A stretch of DNA of 64,000 nt from Candidatus Doudnabacteria bacterium (GCA_963788395.1 CAWBGV010000031.1:7116-71115); one strand, 5' to 3'; positions 23,482-33,256 are shown, counted from the stretch's first letter. The notes: a model not told the origin generated them from the sequence alone. Translations and numbers: made by a program.

Positions 23482-23862
23482 ATGTTCTTTGCCTCGAAAA
23501 TTTGGCAAACCCTAACAGTCATAGCCATGGCTGTTGTTTTGTTAATCGTCATCTTTTGGGGGTTGGCTGTTGGCAAGCTCCAGGCCCAGTCTGAGTACGT
23601 GCTTGCGGCAGCTCAAAATGTTCGACAAGGTCTGGAGTATTTTTATTCAGACCAACAGCGGTTTCCTACGGCCTATGAATTCGCGGAAAATACCATTATG
23701 GAAAAATATTTTAATCAATTCCCGCCATTGCAAATTACCAGTTCCAACTGTTCCCAAAATTTTTTATACACCAGAACCGATACTAATGATTATGCTTTGC
23801 AGTACTGCCTCCCGGAAAAAGCCGATGGCCTGGCGGCAGGCTGGCATAGTTTGAACAATTAG
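23482..23862 (+). CDS. Pilin-like protein lacking a prepilin cleavage motif
   Basis: N-terminal TM segment WQTLTVIAMAVVLLIVIFWGLAV without G|FTLIE. The body parallels the major pilin: EYFYSDQQRFP vs ELFYNDASSYP, and YALQYCLPEKADGLAAGWHS vs YTLTFCLGGQTGGYTAGGHWAS. Confidence 0.45.
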   Translation: MFFASKIWQTLTVIAMAVVLLIVIFWGLAVGKLQAQSEYVLAAAQNVRQGLEYFYSDQQRFPTAYEFAENTIMEKYFNQFPPLQITSSNCSQNFLYTRTDTNDYALQYCLPEKADGLAAGWHSLNN

Positions 23863-23898
23863 CTTAGTAGAGGACCTGTTGGTCCGATAGGCCCTATC

Positions 23899-25887
23899 AT
23901 GAAACTACCCCGTTTTCCTTTCCCCAACGATACTTCGTTCGCCCTGCTGGCGGCGCTAACCCTTCTAGTGCCGTTGTTTTTTACTTTGAATACTTACGAA
24001 CACTATGAGACCGTGAAATTCGCCTTGTGGATGTTTATAGTCGGCGCGTTAGTTTTAGTTTTTGGTTTCCGGAAAAAAACAGATTCAGAATCCGCCACCC
24101 GTAAGACTGTGGTTGTGTACGAACCATGGTATTATGTTTTACTTGGTTTGTTTTTAGTAGTCGGTTTATTTTCAGCTCTGTATTCTTTGGATGTTAACGT
24201 GAGTTTTTTTGGATTTTATACCCGCTTTGATAACGGTTGGATTTTTTACGCCCTCTGGGCGGCATTAATATTTTTTTTACTGCAAAATGTAACCCGGGAA
24301 AAATATATCTTCTTACTGAGGATTTTAATTTTAGATAGCCTGGTAGTGGCTGCCTATGGAATTATGCAAAGTCTTGGCTTTGCTTTTTACACCGGTCCGA
24401 CGACCCAATTATTCCAGCGCGCCCCCAGCCTGCTGGGTAATCCTGATTTTTCCAGTATGTTTATAGTTTTGGCGCTGCCGCTGGTTTTGGTTTTTATGGT
24501 CCAGGCTAATCGCCGCTGGTCCAAATTTTACTACGCTCTTACCGCTTTGGCTATTATTTTTTGTACAGTTGTGCTTTCCAGCCGGGGAGCACTGGTAGCT
24601 TTGCTGGGAAGTTTATTACTCTGCGTGCTCGGCTTATGGCTATTTCGGGTCCGGCGGACGTATCTCTATTCGTTTGCCGCTGTCTTTGGTTTAGCGCTGC
24701 TGGCGTCCGGTCTATTTTTTAGTTTGGTCCGTCCCACTGTCTTACAGGCTACGGTCGAGCTGAATGAAACGAATATTAGCCAGCGCATTTGGGTTTGGGA
24801 AACAGCCTGGCAGGGGATTAAACAGTGGCCGTGGCTGGGCAGCGGGCTTGGTAACTTTTCCATAACCTTTGAGCATTTCCGGCCTATCTTCATGAGTGAT
24901 TTGGCCGGAGTGTTCGACGATGCCCACAATCTATTTATTAATCTAGCCGCGACCGGCGGGATACTATTTGTGCTCTTGTTTGTAGCGTTGCTGCTCTACC
25001 CGGTCATCCGTAACTTTCTGCGTCTGGAACGTGAGAAAGACCCCTTAGTATTGGCCGGGATGGGCAGTATTGCCGCGTTTATAATCGCCGCCTGCTTTAC
25101 TCCCGTAGTCATACCCTGTTTTTTATTTATGGCCATAGTGCTTTGTGGGTTGCTGTTGCCATTGTCCAAACAAATAACTTGGAACAAGGGAGCGATTTTT
25201 TCCGGAGTTTTTAAAACTGCCGGAAGTCTGATTATGCTCGCGGCCTTGGTTTTTATTGTTGCCGAACATTTGTTTTTTGCCGGCCGCCAAGAATATTTGT
25301 ATAACCAAAATTACGCGCTGGCTAACCGTTTATTGGTATGGGCGGTGGATTTAAACCCCACCAATCAACTCTACCGATTATACCGTACCGCCGCCCGGAT
25401 TGAACTGCAGGGAGCGCCGGCCGCGGGCCAAGTAGCCCAGACGGTCGCGGTTCATCCGTTGGATTCTAACAGCTGGGCCGAAGGGGCGCGCTTAGACGAG
25501 CTGTTGTATGAGCGTACCGGCCAAAAGCAATATATCGACGCCGCGGTAGTCAGTATGCGGCGGTCAATATCTCTGGATCTTTTTGCCGGTTATCACTACG
25601 CCCTTTTGAGCTACTATATCACTGAACAAGGCCAGTTAGGCCAAGCCAAAGAAATGGCTAAAACCAGTTTAGATTTATATCCTGACAATGTCCCGCCCTG
25701 GTTATTGCTGGCCCGCATCTATCAATTGGACGGTAAATGGAAGTCGGTAGAGGCTACCCTGGATTCAGTGGCAAAGAAGTACCCCCAGGACGAATTTTTA
25801 CATTTGATGGACCAAAGGGCCAACCAGGATCCCAAGGCTCAGCAAGTTCCGATTTACGTTCCGCCGCTCCAACCGGCATTGGAATAG
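23899..25887 (+). CDS. O-antigen ligase-like (Wzy_C family) polytopic membrane protein with C-terminal TPR repeats
   Basis: At least 10 TM segments. Wzy_C-type loop VLSSRGALVALLGS ... WLGSGLGNF ... DDAHNLFINLAATGG. The C-terminal ~190 aa is TPR-like (YALANRLLVWAVDLNPTN..., LARIYQLDGKW). Confidence 0.7.
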   Translation: MKLPRFPFPNDTSFALLAALTLLVPLFFTLNTYEHYETVKFALWMFIVGALVLVFGFRKKTDSESATRKTVVVYEPWYYVLLGLFLVVGLFSALYSLDVNVSFFGFYTRFDNGWIFYALWAALIFFLLQNVTREKYIFLLRILILDSLVVAAYGIMQSLGFAFYTGPTTQLFQRAPSLLGNPDFSSMFIVLALPLVLVFMVQANRRWSKFYYALTALAIIFCTVVLSSRGALVALLGSLLLCVLGLWLFRVRRTYLYSFAAVFGLALLASGLFFSLVRPTVLQATVELNETNISQRIWVWETAWQGIKQWPWLGSGLGNFSITFEHFRPIFMSDLAGVFDDAHNLFINLAATGGILFVLLFVALLLYPVIRNFLRLEREKDPLVLAGMGSIAAFIIAACFTPVVIPCFLFMAIVLCGLLLPLSKQITWNKGAIFSGVFKTAGSLIMLAALVFIVAEHLFFAGRQEYLYNQNYALANRLLVWAVDLNPTNQLYRLYRTAARIELQGAPAAGQVAQTVAVHPLDSNSWAEGARLDELLYERTGQKQYIDAAVVSMRRSISLDLFAGYHYALLSYYITEQGQLGQAKEMAKTSLDLYPDNVPPWLLLARIYQLDGKWKSVEATLDSVAKKYPQDEFLHLMDQRANQDPKAQQVPIYVPPLQPALE

Positions 25888-25915
25888 GGCGCGGAAGTTC
25901 TATAAAATTTAATCT

Positions 25916-26704
25916 ATGATAATTCTGCTCTTTATTTTTGGGTTGCTGATTGGCAGTTTTTTGAACGTGGTAATTCTCCGTTTGCCGGCGGAAGAAGATT
26001 TAGGCGGCCGGTCCCATTGTCCCCGTTGCCGCCACCAGCTCAGCGCGGCCGAATTAGTGCCAGTATTCAGCTATCTTTTTTTACGCGGGCGCTGTAAAAA
26101 TTGCGGCCAGCCGATCTCATTTCGGTATCCTTTAATTGAGCTGGTAACCGGACTGCTGTTTGCGCTGGCTTGGGTTAGTGTTCATCCCGCAACTTTGGCC
26201 GGGTACATAGAGTTGGTCAAGGTAGCCTGCGTTTGTGCTGTTTGCCTGGTAGTTTTTATGGTTGATCTTGAGCATTTTTTAATTTTAGATCAGGTTATTT
26301 TTCCGGCTATAGTGCTAGTGGCTTTGTTAAACCTCGGTTGGGACTTGGCAGCCGGTCACGCGGTGTTTAACCTGTCTTCTGCCTTCAGTTCGGGGCTTTT
26401 GGCCGCGGCCGGTGCCGGATTGGCCTTTTTTGCGGTTTGGTACTTTTCCGGCGGTACTTGGATGGGTTTTGGCGACGTGAAGTTGGCTTTGTTACTGGGG
26501 ATAATCTTAGGCTGGCCGCTGATCGCGGTAAATTTACTGCTGGCGTTTTTCTTGGGAGCTGCGGTTTCCGTTATCTTGTTGATCCGAGGCAGTCATTTGA
26601 AGACTCAAGTTCCATTCGGGACTTTTTTGAGCTTTGCATGCGTAGTCACTATCTTTTGGGGCCCGCAGCTACTTCACTGGTATTTGGGTTTATTGGGTGT
26701 TTAA
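25916..26704 (+). CDS. pilD: Prepilin peptidase / N-methyltransferase (A24 family)
   Basis: Cys cluster CPRCRHQL...CKNCGQPIS, catalytic Asp motif GFGDVKL, and the second Asp region (FMVDLEH). Confidence 0.9.
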   Translation: MIILLFIFGLLIGSFLNVVILRLPAEEDLGGRSHCPRCRHQLSAAELVPVFSYLFLRGRCKNCGQPISFRYPLIELVTGLLFALAWVSVHPATLAGYIELVKVACVCAVCLVVFMVDLEHFLILDQVIFPAIVLVALLNLGWDLAAGHAVFNLSSAFSSGLLAAAGAGLAFFAVWYFSGGTWMGFGDVKLALLLGIILGWPLIAVNLLLAFFLGAAVSVILLIRGSHLKTQVPFGTFLSFACVVTIFWGPQLLHWYLGLLGV

Positions 26705-26747
26705 TGGTATAATAAATAAAATACAACAACATCCCGTTCCATATTAT

Positions 26748-27392
26748 ATGGCAACTTCTCCCTCATCCCTCAAAGCAGGTTTTACCTTGATCGAACTTTT
26801 AGTCGTGTTATCGATTATGGCCATTATTATGTCTTTGGTCACGGTTAATTTTGCCGGCCAGCGGGCTATGCGCAACCAGCAAATTTCGGAAAATCAATTG
26901 GTCAGCAATATTCGAGTGGTGCAGAATTACGCTCTCTCTTCACGGAATATTTATGGCACCCAGCCGGTGGAATATTATGTGATGAAGTTCGACCTTTCTA
27001 AGCCTTATCAGTACACGATTGAGGCTATGTACAACACGCTGAGTACTCCGACTTTGGTAGATATTCAAACGGTTCAGCTTTCGGGTAATTCGCGTTTACA
27101 AAGTCCAATCCTTATAAATTTAGAAGGGGGCACCCAGCAGTCCGTTACTGGTTGCGCTTTGCTGGTCTTTAAAGAACCGTTTGCCAGAATTCTGACCAAC
27201 AACAGCTGTACCGCCAACGGTTTTGGTAGCGGCGATTCTTATAACCAAGTTCTTAATTTTGTGACCAATAACTCCGGCACTACGGTCAATGCGGACTCCA
27301 GCATGGTGATTTCTTTAATTGACAGCGGCGGCGGCGTGACTCCTAAAGCCGTGACCATAAACGGAGCGACTGGTTTAGTTTCGTTCCAATAA
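26748..27392 (+). CDS. Minor pilin / pseudopilin (FimT/GspH-like)
   Basis: MATSPSSLKAG|FTLIELLVVLSIMAIIMSL. The ORF track's start at 26697 adds 17 unlikely residues. Confidence 0.7.
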   Translation: MATSPSSLKAGFTLIELLVVLSIMAIIMSLVTVNFAGQRAMRNQQISENQLVSNIRVVQNYALSSRNIYGTQPVEYYVMKFDLSKPYQYTIEAMYNTLSTPTLVDIQTVQLSGNSRLQSPILINLEGGTQQSVTGCALLVFKEPFARILTNNSCTANGFGSGDSYNQVLNFVTNNSGTTVNADSSMVISLIDSGGGVTPKAVTINGATGLVSFQ

Positions 27393-27396
27393 ATGT

Positions 27397-28068
27397 ATGG
27401 GTAAGAAAAAACAAACAGGACAAACGTTAATAGAAACCATGGTCGCGGCGTTTATTTTGATTATGGGGATTACGGCCGCGTCCAGTTTGGCCACATTCTC
27501 TTTGGATAACTCCACCGAAATTACGAAAGAGATTGTTGGGACGGGTTTGGCCCGGGAAGCTTTGGAGGCCGTGAAAAATATGCGTGATACGAATTGGTTG
27601 TGGAATACTTTAAGCAATCAATGTTATAACTATGTTACTAATCAACCGACCGGCGGAAATTGCTACCAAAACTGGCTGACCGCTTATTACACCATTCCAA
27701 ATTCCAGCAGCGGCTCCACCAATACATTACAGATTAATTTAACTCCCGGCCAGAAATTTTGGAGCTTGCAATCCCCGGGCTCCAACCTGTGGGGGCTGAA
27801 CCTGAATACTAATACGACCAATACGCTCTTTACCGAATTTTATATTCCTTCGGGCGCCAGTGTTGGCACCTCTGGCTATTATCGCGAGGTCACCATTACC
27901 GCCATTACGACTTCGCCTTTTAACGAAACTTATCCCGGGCCGGAACTTAAAGTTACTTCCCAAGTTTGGTGGATAGACAAGCGCTGTCCGGCTTCGCCCA
28001 CCTGGCCCACTGCCAGCGGCTGTAAAATTGAGCTCGATGAATACCTGACTAATTGGAGAGATTTTTAG
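27397..28068 (+). CDS. Minor pilin (PilV-like)
   Basis: MGKKKQTG|QTLIETMVAAFILIMGITA, with Glu+5 present. Confidence 0.65.
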   Translation: MGKKKQTGQTLIETMVAAFILIMGITAASSLATFSLDNSTEITKEIVGTGLAREALEAVKNMRDTNWLWNTLSNQCYNYVTNQPTGGNCYQNWLTAYYTIPNSSSGSTNTLQINLTPGQKFWSLQSPGSNLWGLNLNTNTTNTLFTEFYIPSGASVGTSGYYREVTITAITTSPFNETYPGPELKVTSQVWWIDKRCPASPTWPTASGCKIELDEYLTNWRDF

Positions 28069-28073
28069 GTTAT

Positions 28074-28790
28074 ATGAACATGAAACGGGCGGATCAACAA
28101 GGTTTTACGTTAATGGAGATCGTGGTAGCCACGACGATTTTTGCGATAGTTGCCGCGGCGATGATGTCTTTATTTAACTATACTTTAAAAATTAACCGCA
28201 AGACCGAAGCCTTGCGCCAGGCCAGCCAGGGCATGCGCAATTTGGTGGAATTTATTGTTAAAGAAGTCCGCAATGGCCAGATAGATTATTCAGTAATCAA
28301 TGGTACAGTTATTGCGCCCCTGCAACCCTGGACCGCGGCCAATTCTCCCTGTCCGGTTTCATCCAGCGGCGTGGGTAATGCCAACAGTAATACGGCGACC
28401 ATTTATGGGCGCAGTAACGTAGGTCTCACTGGCAAGGCCGATAACGCTCTGGGTATTATTACCACCGACGATGACCGCGAATGCATTTATTTGGCCGACA
28501 AGAACGGCAATCCGGTATCGTATAGCAGCTCCACGCCCTTTAATGGTGCCCAGTTGATGATGAATAAAAACGGGAATATTTATTCTTTAGATCCCTCAAA
28601 TTTTACCGTAGCGTATGCCCAATTTGGGGTTCAGCCTCTGTATGATCCCTACACCACCACGCCATCCCCGGCCAAACTTCAGCCTATGGTCCAAATGGAA
28701 TTTGAATTTATAGTTACCTTACCTACCGGGGAAACCTACCCGATTTATTATCAGACTGCCGCTTCGACCGGCCATTATGATGTACCATAA
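28074..28790 (+). CDS. Minor pilin (PilW-like)
   Basis: MNMKRADQQG|FTLMEIVVATTIFAIVAAAMMSLF. TTG 28053 is an alternative start. Confidence 0.65.
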   Translation: MNMKRADQQGFTLMEIVVATTIFAIVAAAMMSLFNYTLKINRKTEALRQASQGMRNLVEFIVKEVRNGQIDYSVINGTVIAPLQPWTAANSPCPVSSSGVGNANSNTATIYGRSNVGLTGKADNALGIITTDDDRECIYLADKNGNPVSYSSSTPFNGAQLMMNKNGNIYSLDPSNFTVAYAQFGVQPLYDPYTTTPSPAKLQPMVQMEFEFIVTLPTGETYPIYYQTAASTGHYDVP

Positions 28791-30611
28791 TATGCATACG
28801 CAAGGTCAAAAAAATAACAACACTTTTAAACAGGCGGGTATCACGTTGCTGCTGTCAATTTTGGTATTGGCTTCTATAATGGCTATTAGCTTAAGTCTGG
28901 CGTCGATTACGTTTTTAGAAATCCGGAGTTCTTCGGATTTGCAAAAAACTGAACCGGCTTTTTATTCCGCCGAGACCGGCACGGAGGAGTCGCTGTACGC
29001 AACCCGCCGCCAAATTTCCAATACTACTTTTGAAACTAACTCAGTGAACGGTATTAGCATTACGAGCACAACCCAAAAGATCAATAACCCAATTTTTCAG
29101 GATAAGGTGCTGCAGACTTCTAATAGTTATACGAATACCGCTAATAAGTATGAGTTATATAATATCAATAATTTTTATTCTCCCAGCTCCGGGGGCGACT
29201 ATAGTAAAATCAATATTACGTTTTTAAATACCGGCACTACCGGATACTTAAATGTGTACGACTGTAATTATAATCCTCAGGGCGAGTATAATTGTGATAG
29301 TTCAACCAGTTCGAATGTTACTGCCTACCCACCTCTGCAACCGGGGCAGACTGATACAATAAGTTTGCCCGCTACGGCAACGAATAATCGGTTAATTATC
29401 TATGCTTACTATACCAGCGCGACGGCTTATATTAATGTTGAGACTTATGGTACAGGCTCCAATCAAACCCCTAAGGGCATGCCTTTGACCGGTTCGGTAA
29501 ATGTGGATATAGCGGCCGCGGGTAGTAGTTTGACCCGCGAAATCCAGGTTAATATTCCAAATTCCTACACTTCGGGGGGAAGTTCGGTGGGGGGATACAC
29601 CCACCACAGGGTTATAACCATAAATGGCGCCCAGATTAGTACGGTCAATCACACTACGCTGAATTATTTTCCCGTATTGATTAATTTTAGTGATCCGACT
29701 TTTAAATCTGCTTCAAATGGGGGTGAAATCCAAAGCCCCAATGGATACGATATTGTTTTTAGCTCCGACCCGGTCGGTAATTCTCCACTTAATTTTGAGC
29801 AAGAAAATTATTCTGCCACTAATGGTCAGATTGTCTATTGGGTCCAAGTGCCAACCTTAATCAATGGTTCTAGCACTCCAATTTATATGTGGTACGATAA
29901 AGCCGGCGTGAATTCGTTCCAAAGTGCAGGTAGTCCTTGGGACAGCAATTTTGAGGGAGTTTGGCATTTGCCCAATGGTACTGTTTTAAGCGCTAATGAT
30001 TCCACGGGCAATGGTAATAGCACTAATACTTTTAATGGCGTTACCGCCGTGGCTAGCCCTCTTGACGGGCCGCCGCTATAACAAGCGACAGTCAATACCT
30101 TCGCGTTCCCAACTCCAGCAGCATGAATGGTTGGTCAACCCAAACGGTTAGTTTTTGGGTTAAAGCCCAGAATTCTATGGATAACTATGGGCGTTTTCTT
30201 GAAAAAGGCGGTAACAATGAGTGGACCATTATCAGAAATGGCTCGAATAATACCGTTGCTCAGGCGACCATTGGCACTAACTCCGTGTGCAATGTCAGCG
30301 GCGCTAGTATTTTTGACGGTCAATGGCATATGGTCGACGCAACTTTTAACTATAGTACGGGCGCTGAACAATTATATGTAGATGGGACTTCGAGCGGCTC
30401 AGCGACCTGCGCTCCCGTGGCTTCCAACAGGAATGGTGATTTGTTCTTTGGGACCTATGGTGGCGCTCCGGGAACTTATGGATCGCCCGGGGACTTGGAC
30501 GAGGTTGAGCTTTCCAATACTATACGCTCTGCTGACTGGATCAATACAGAGTACTATAACCAAGTTTCAGGTTCTACCTTCTACAGTGTGGGTGGCGAAC
30601 AAACTCCTTAA
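28777..30611 (+). pseudogene. PilX-like N-terminal anchor fused to DUF2341 and LamG (concanavalin-A-like lectin) domains; frame broken by 1 nt at the GGG run 30067-30069
   Basis: N-terminus is QAGITLLLSILVLASIMAISLSLASITFLEIR (PilX_N type). DUF2341-like sequence: GYTHHRVITINGAQIS...LNYFPVLINF...YDIVFSSD...LNFEQENYSATNGQIVYWVQVPTL...TPIYMWY. The LamG domain starts in ORF 28777-30081 (WDSNFEGVWHL...) and continues in another frame: AAAITSDSQYLRVPNSSSMNGWSTQTVSFWVKA...DGQWHMV...LYVDG...GDLDEVELSN. Confidence 0.7.
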
Positions 30612-30647
30612 CATATTGCCAAGACCAGTTGCTAAAAAACTTCTGGG

Positions 30648-30676
30648 TTGATTTAGCCGTGAGCAATAGGTATAAT
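30648..30676 (+). promoter_or_regulatory. Sigma70-type promoter (TTGATT-N17-TATAAT) for aguB-aguA
   Basis: -35 at 30648-30653 and -10 at 30671-30676. Confidence 0.5.
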
Positions 30677-30705
30677 ATACTATTAAAAGAATTAAGTGTA
30701 CATCT

Positions 30706-31635
30706 ATGAAATCCAGGATGGTTACTATTGGTCTCATTCAGTCTAAGGTTGGGAACAATGTAGCGGCTAATGTTAAGAAAACTATAGCACTAATTCGGCA
30801 AGCTGCGAACAAAGGAGCGCAAATTGTCTGTCTATCGGAGTTATTTTCCACCCCTTATTTTCCTCAGCGTCAGGGATTAAAAAAAACCGACTTTGCCGAA
30901 ACTATTACCGGACCAACTCTCAAGGCCATGAAAAGCCTAGCCAAAGAGCTGGAAATTGTTTTAATAGTTCCGTTCTACGAGAAGTCCGCTAATGGCAGTT
31001 ACTACAATACAGCTGTTGTCTTTGATGAAAAAGGCCGCTCATTGGGGCAGTATCATAAAATTCACATTCCACACGACCCCGGATTTTACGAAGATGAGTA
31101 CTTTGAAGCTGGTGGCGGCTATAAAGTATTTAAGACCAAATTCGGCCAGTTTGCCGTTTTGATTTGTTTTGACCAATGGTTTCCGGAAGCCGCCCGTGCT
31201 TGCCGCTTGGCCGGAGCGGAAATTATCTTTTATCCCACAGCTATAGCCAACGTTATTGGGTATGTTCCACCCGACGGTGATTGGCACGACGCCTGGGAAA
31301 CCGTTATGCGCGGGCATGCGGTTGCTAACAGCGTGGTTGTGGCAGCGGCTAATCGGACCGGCATTGAGGGTCGTTCGCATTTTTGGGGACAATCATTTAT
31401 TTGCGATGCCTTTGGTAAAGTCCTCAAGCGAGCTAATCCCACTCGGGAACAGGTCGTGCTGGCAAAAGTTGATTTAGCAATGAACAGTTTTATTGCGGAT
31501 GGTTGGGGTTTTCTGCGAGACAGGCGGCCAGATAGCTATGCTAGATTGACTGAGACATCTTTAGCTGGTGCGAAAACCAAGCCAGTTAACATCCAGCAAG
31601 AAGAAGAAAAGTTGCGCAAAATTTTGGAAAAGTAG
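30706..31635 (+). CDS. aguB: N-carbamoylputrescine amidase (CN-hydrolase family)
   Basis: Glu-Lys-Cys triad contexts CLSELF, YHKIHIP and AVLICFDQWFPE. About 300 aa, directly upstream of agmatine deiminase. Confidence 0.85.
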   Translation: MKSRMVTIGLIQSKVGNNVAANVKKTIALIRQAANKGAQIVCLSELFSTPYFPQRQGLKKTDFAETITGPTLKAMKSLAKELEIVLIVPFYEKSANGSYYNTAVVFDEKGRSLGQYHKIHIPHDPGFYEDEYFEAGGGYKVFKTKFGQFAVLICFDQWFPEAARACRLAGAEIIFYPTAIANVIGYVPPDGDWHDAWETVMRGHAVANSVVVAAANRTGIEGRSHFWGQSFICDAFGKVLKRANPTREQVVLAKVDLAMNSFIADGWGFLRDRRPDSYARLTETSLAGAKTKPVNIQQEEEKLRKILEK

Positions 31636-31636
31636 A

Positions 31637-32737
31637 ATGATTAAAACTATGTCTTTGACCCCAGCAGCACAAGGTTGGTCCATGCCGGCGGAGTGGGAAC
31701 CGCACGCCGCGGTCTGGCTGGCCTGGCCCCACGACCCAACTACCTTTACCCAGGGAATTGAAAAAGCCGAACGGACTTTCTGTGAAATCATCAAAGCCCT
31801 GGAAGGCAGCGAAAAAGTGGAACTAATTGTTCTGGATGATAAAATGCGAAAACGAGCCGAAGCTATGCTGGTGGAGTTCGGAGCGGATTTAGGCAATATT
31901 AATTTTCATGAGGTTGAATACGCCGATGTTTGGACTCGCGATTACGGGCCCACGTTTTTAACCAACAGCGCCTGGGTTAAATGGCAATATAATGTTTACG
32001 GTAAAGCCGGAGATGATGAAATTTATTACGCTCCGTTGTTAAAAGATAACGATGTTTTTAACAAGCTGGCGTTGCCGGGGCAAAAATTTGAACCCAATAT
32101 GGTTTTGGAAGGTGGGTCGGTGGAAGTTAACGGCCGGGGGACTTTGGTTACCACGGAACAATGCTTGCTTAACCCTGACCGTAATCCTAACTTAACTAAA
32201 GATCAAATTGAGGAGTGCTTGATAGATTATTTAGGAGTAAGGCAGATTATTTGGCTGAAGCGAGGACTTGTTAATGATCATACTGATGGCCACATAGATG
32301 ATTTGGCCAAATTTGTCTCTCCCGACAAAATTTTGTGCGCGTATGAAACTGATCCAAGCGACGAGAACTATAGTCAGCTGAAAGAAAATTACCAAGTATT
32401 GAAAGCCGCTACCGACCAGGACGGTCGTCCATTCGAGGTTGTTAAACTGCCAATGCCGCATATGAGATACGCGGCCGGCCATACCGTGCACTCGGGTATT
32501 GCAAGTAATTCTTCTTCCGGTCAGGAAGCCGAAAAGGCAGCGGTTTCATACCTAAATTTTTACATCGGCAACCGGGTTCTTTTGGTGCCGAAATTTGAAG
32601 ACCCGAACGACGCCGAAGCCTTGGCTATAATTCAATCATGCTTCCCTGATCGTAAAGTCGTGGCCATTGATTGCCGTGATATTATCTATGGCGGGGGAAC
32701 GCTGCATTGCATGACTCAGCAGCAACCTTTAACTTAA
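31637..32737 (+). CDS. aguA: Agmatine deiminase
   Basis: GWSMPAEWEPHAAVWLAWPH, WTRDYGP, DGHIDD, and catalytic Cys in GGGTLHCMTQQQP. ATG 31637 is preferred over the ORF start at 31568, which overlaps aguB. Confidence 0.9.
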   Translation: MIKTMSLTPAAQGWSMPAEWEPHAAVWLAWPHDPTTFTQGIEKAERTFCEIIKALEGSEKVELIVLDDKMRKRAEAMLVEFGADLGNINFHEVEYADVWTRDYGPTFLTNSAWVKWQYNVYGKAGDDEIYYAPLLKDNDVFNKLALPGQKFEPNMVLEGGSVEVNGRGTLVTTEQCLLNPDRNPNLTKDQIEECLIDYLGVRQIIWLKRGLVNDHTDGHIDDLAKFVSPDKILCAYETDPSDENYSQLKENYQVLKAATDQDGRPFEVVKLPMPHMRYAAGHTVHSGIASNSSSGQEAEKAAVSYLNFYIGNRVLLVPKFEDPNDAEALAIIQSCFPDRKVVAIDCRDIIYGGGTLHCMTQQQPLT

Positions 32738-32842
32738 GCCCGATGAATTTTGCGGAGTTTGGCTCAGCTCAAATAAAAAAAGACAGTCACCGGAATTAAC
32801 CAGTTGACTGTCCTAAGATGTCGACGTTGATGAATCAGTATT

Positions 32843-33205
32843 TCATCCTCCCACCGTTACAACAAAACCTCCCTGAATTAAATTACCGAGAGCCAGGGGG
32901 TCCTCCTGTGGTGGTTTACAGCCCAACACAATCTTGTCACCGAGTAGCCGCAGTGTATAGCTTAAGCGGTCAACAATATCACCATTGTGGGCGAATGCAT
33001 TTGTTAAGGGTAGTGTAATAGACTCGCATTGGCCTATAGCTCCCGGCTTCAATTGATACATAAAGAGTATCATGTTGGCGATGGTAGCCTTCACCACCTT
33101 TCCACCTAGCTCAATTTCGACCTCTAACCCAATCAGACGAGACGCGTCAATCCTGCTCAAACTGATCTGGGCGTCAATAAATTCCTCTAAGTTCTGTTTT
33201 GGCAT
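32843..33205 (-). CDS. Hypothetical protein
   Basis: 120-aa ORF with a strong SD (ggagaggagag) 4-5 nt upstream of the ATG. No recognisable motif. Confidence 0.5.
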   Translation of the reverse strand: MPKQNLEEFIDAQISLSRIDASRLIGLEVEIELGGKVVKATIANMILFMYQLKPGAIGQCESITLPLTNAFAHNGDIVDRLSYTLRLLGDKIVLGCKPPQEDPLALGNLIQGGFVVTVGG

Positions 33206-33256
33206 CAGCTCTCCTCTCCAAAAGTGGATACTTTATGGTATCAGAGGCGTGTTATT

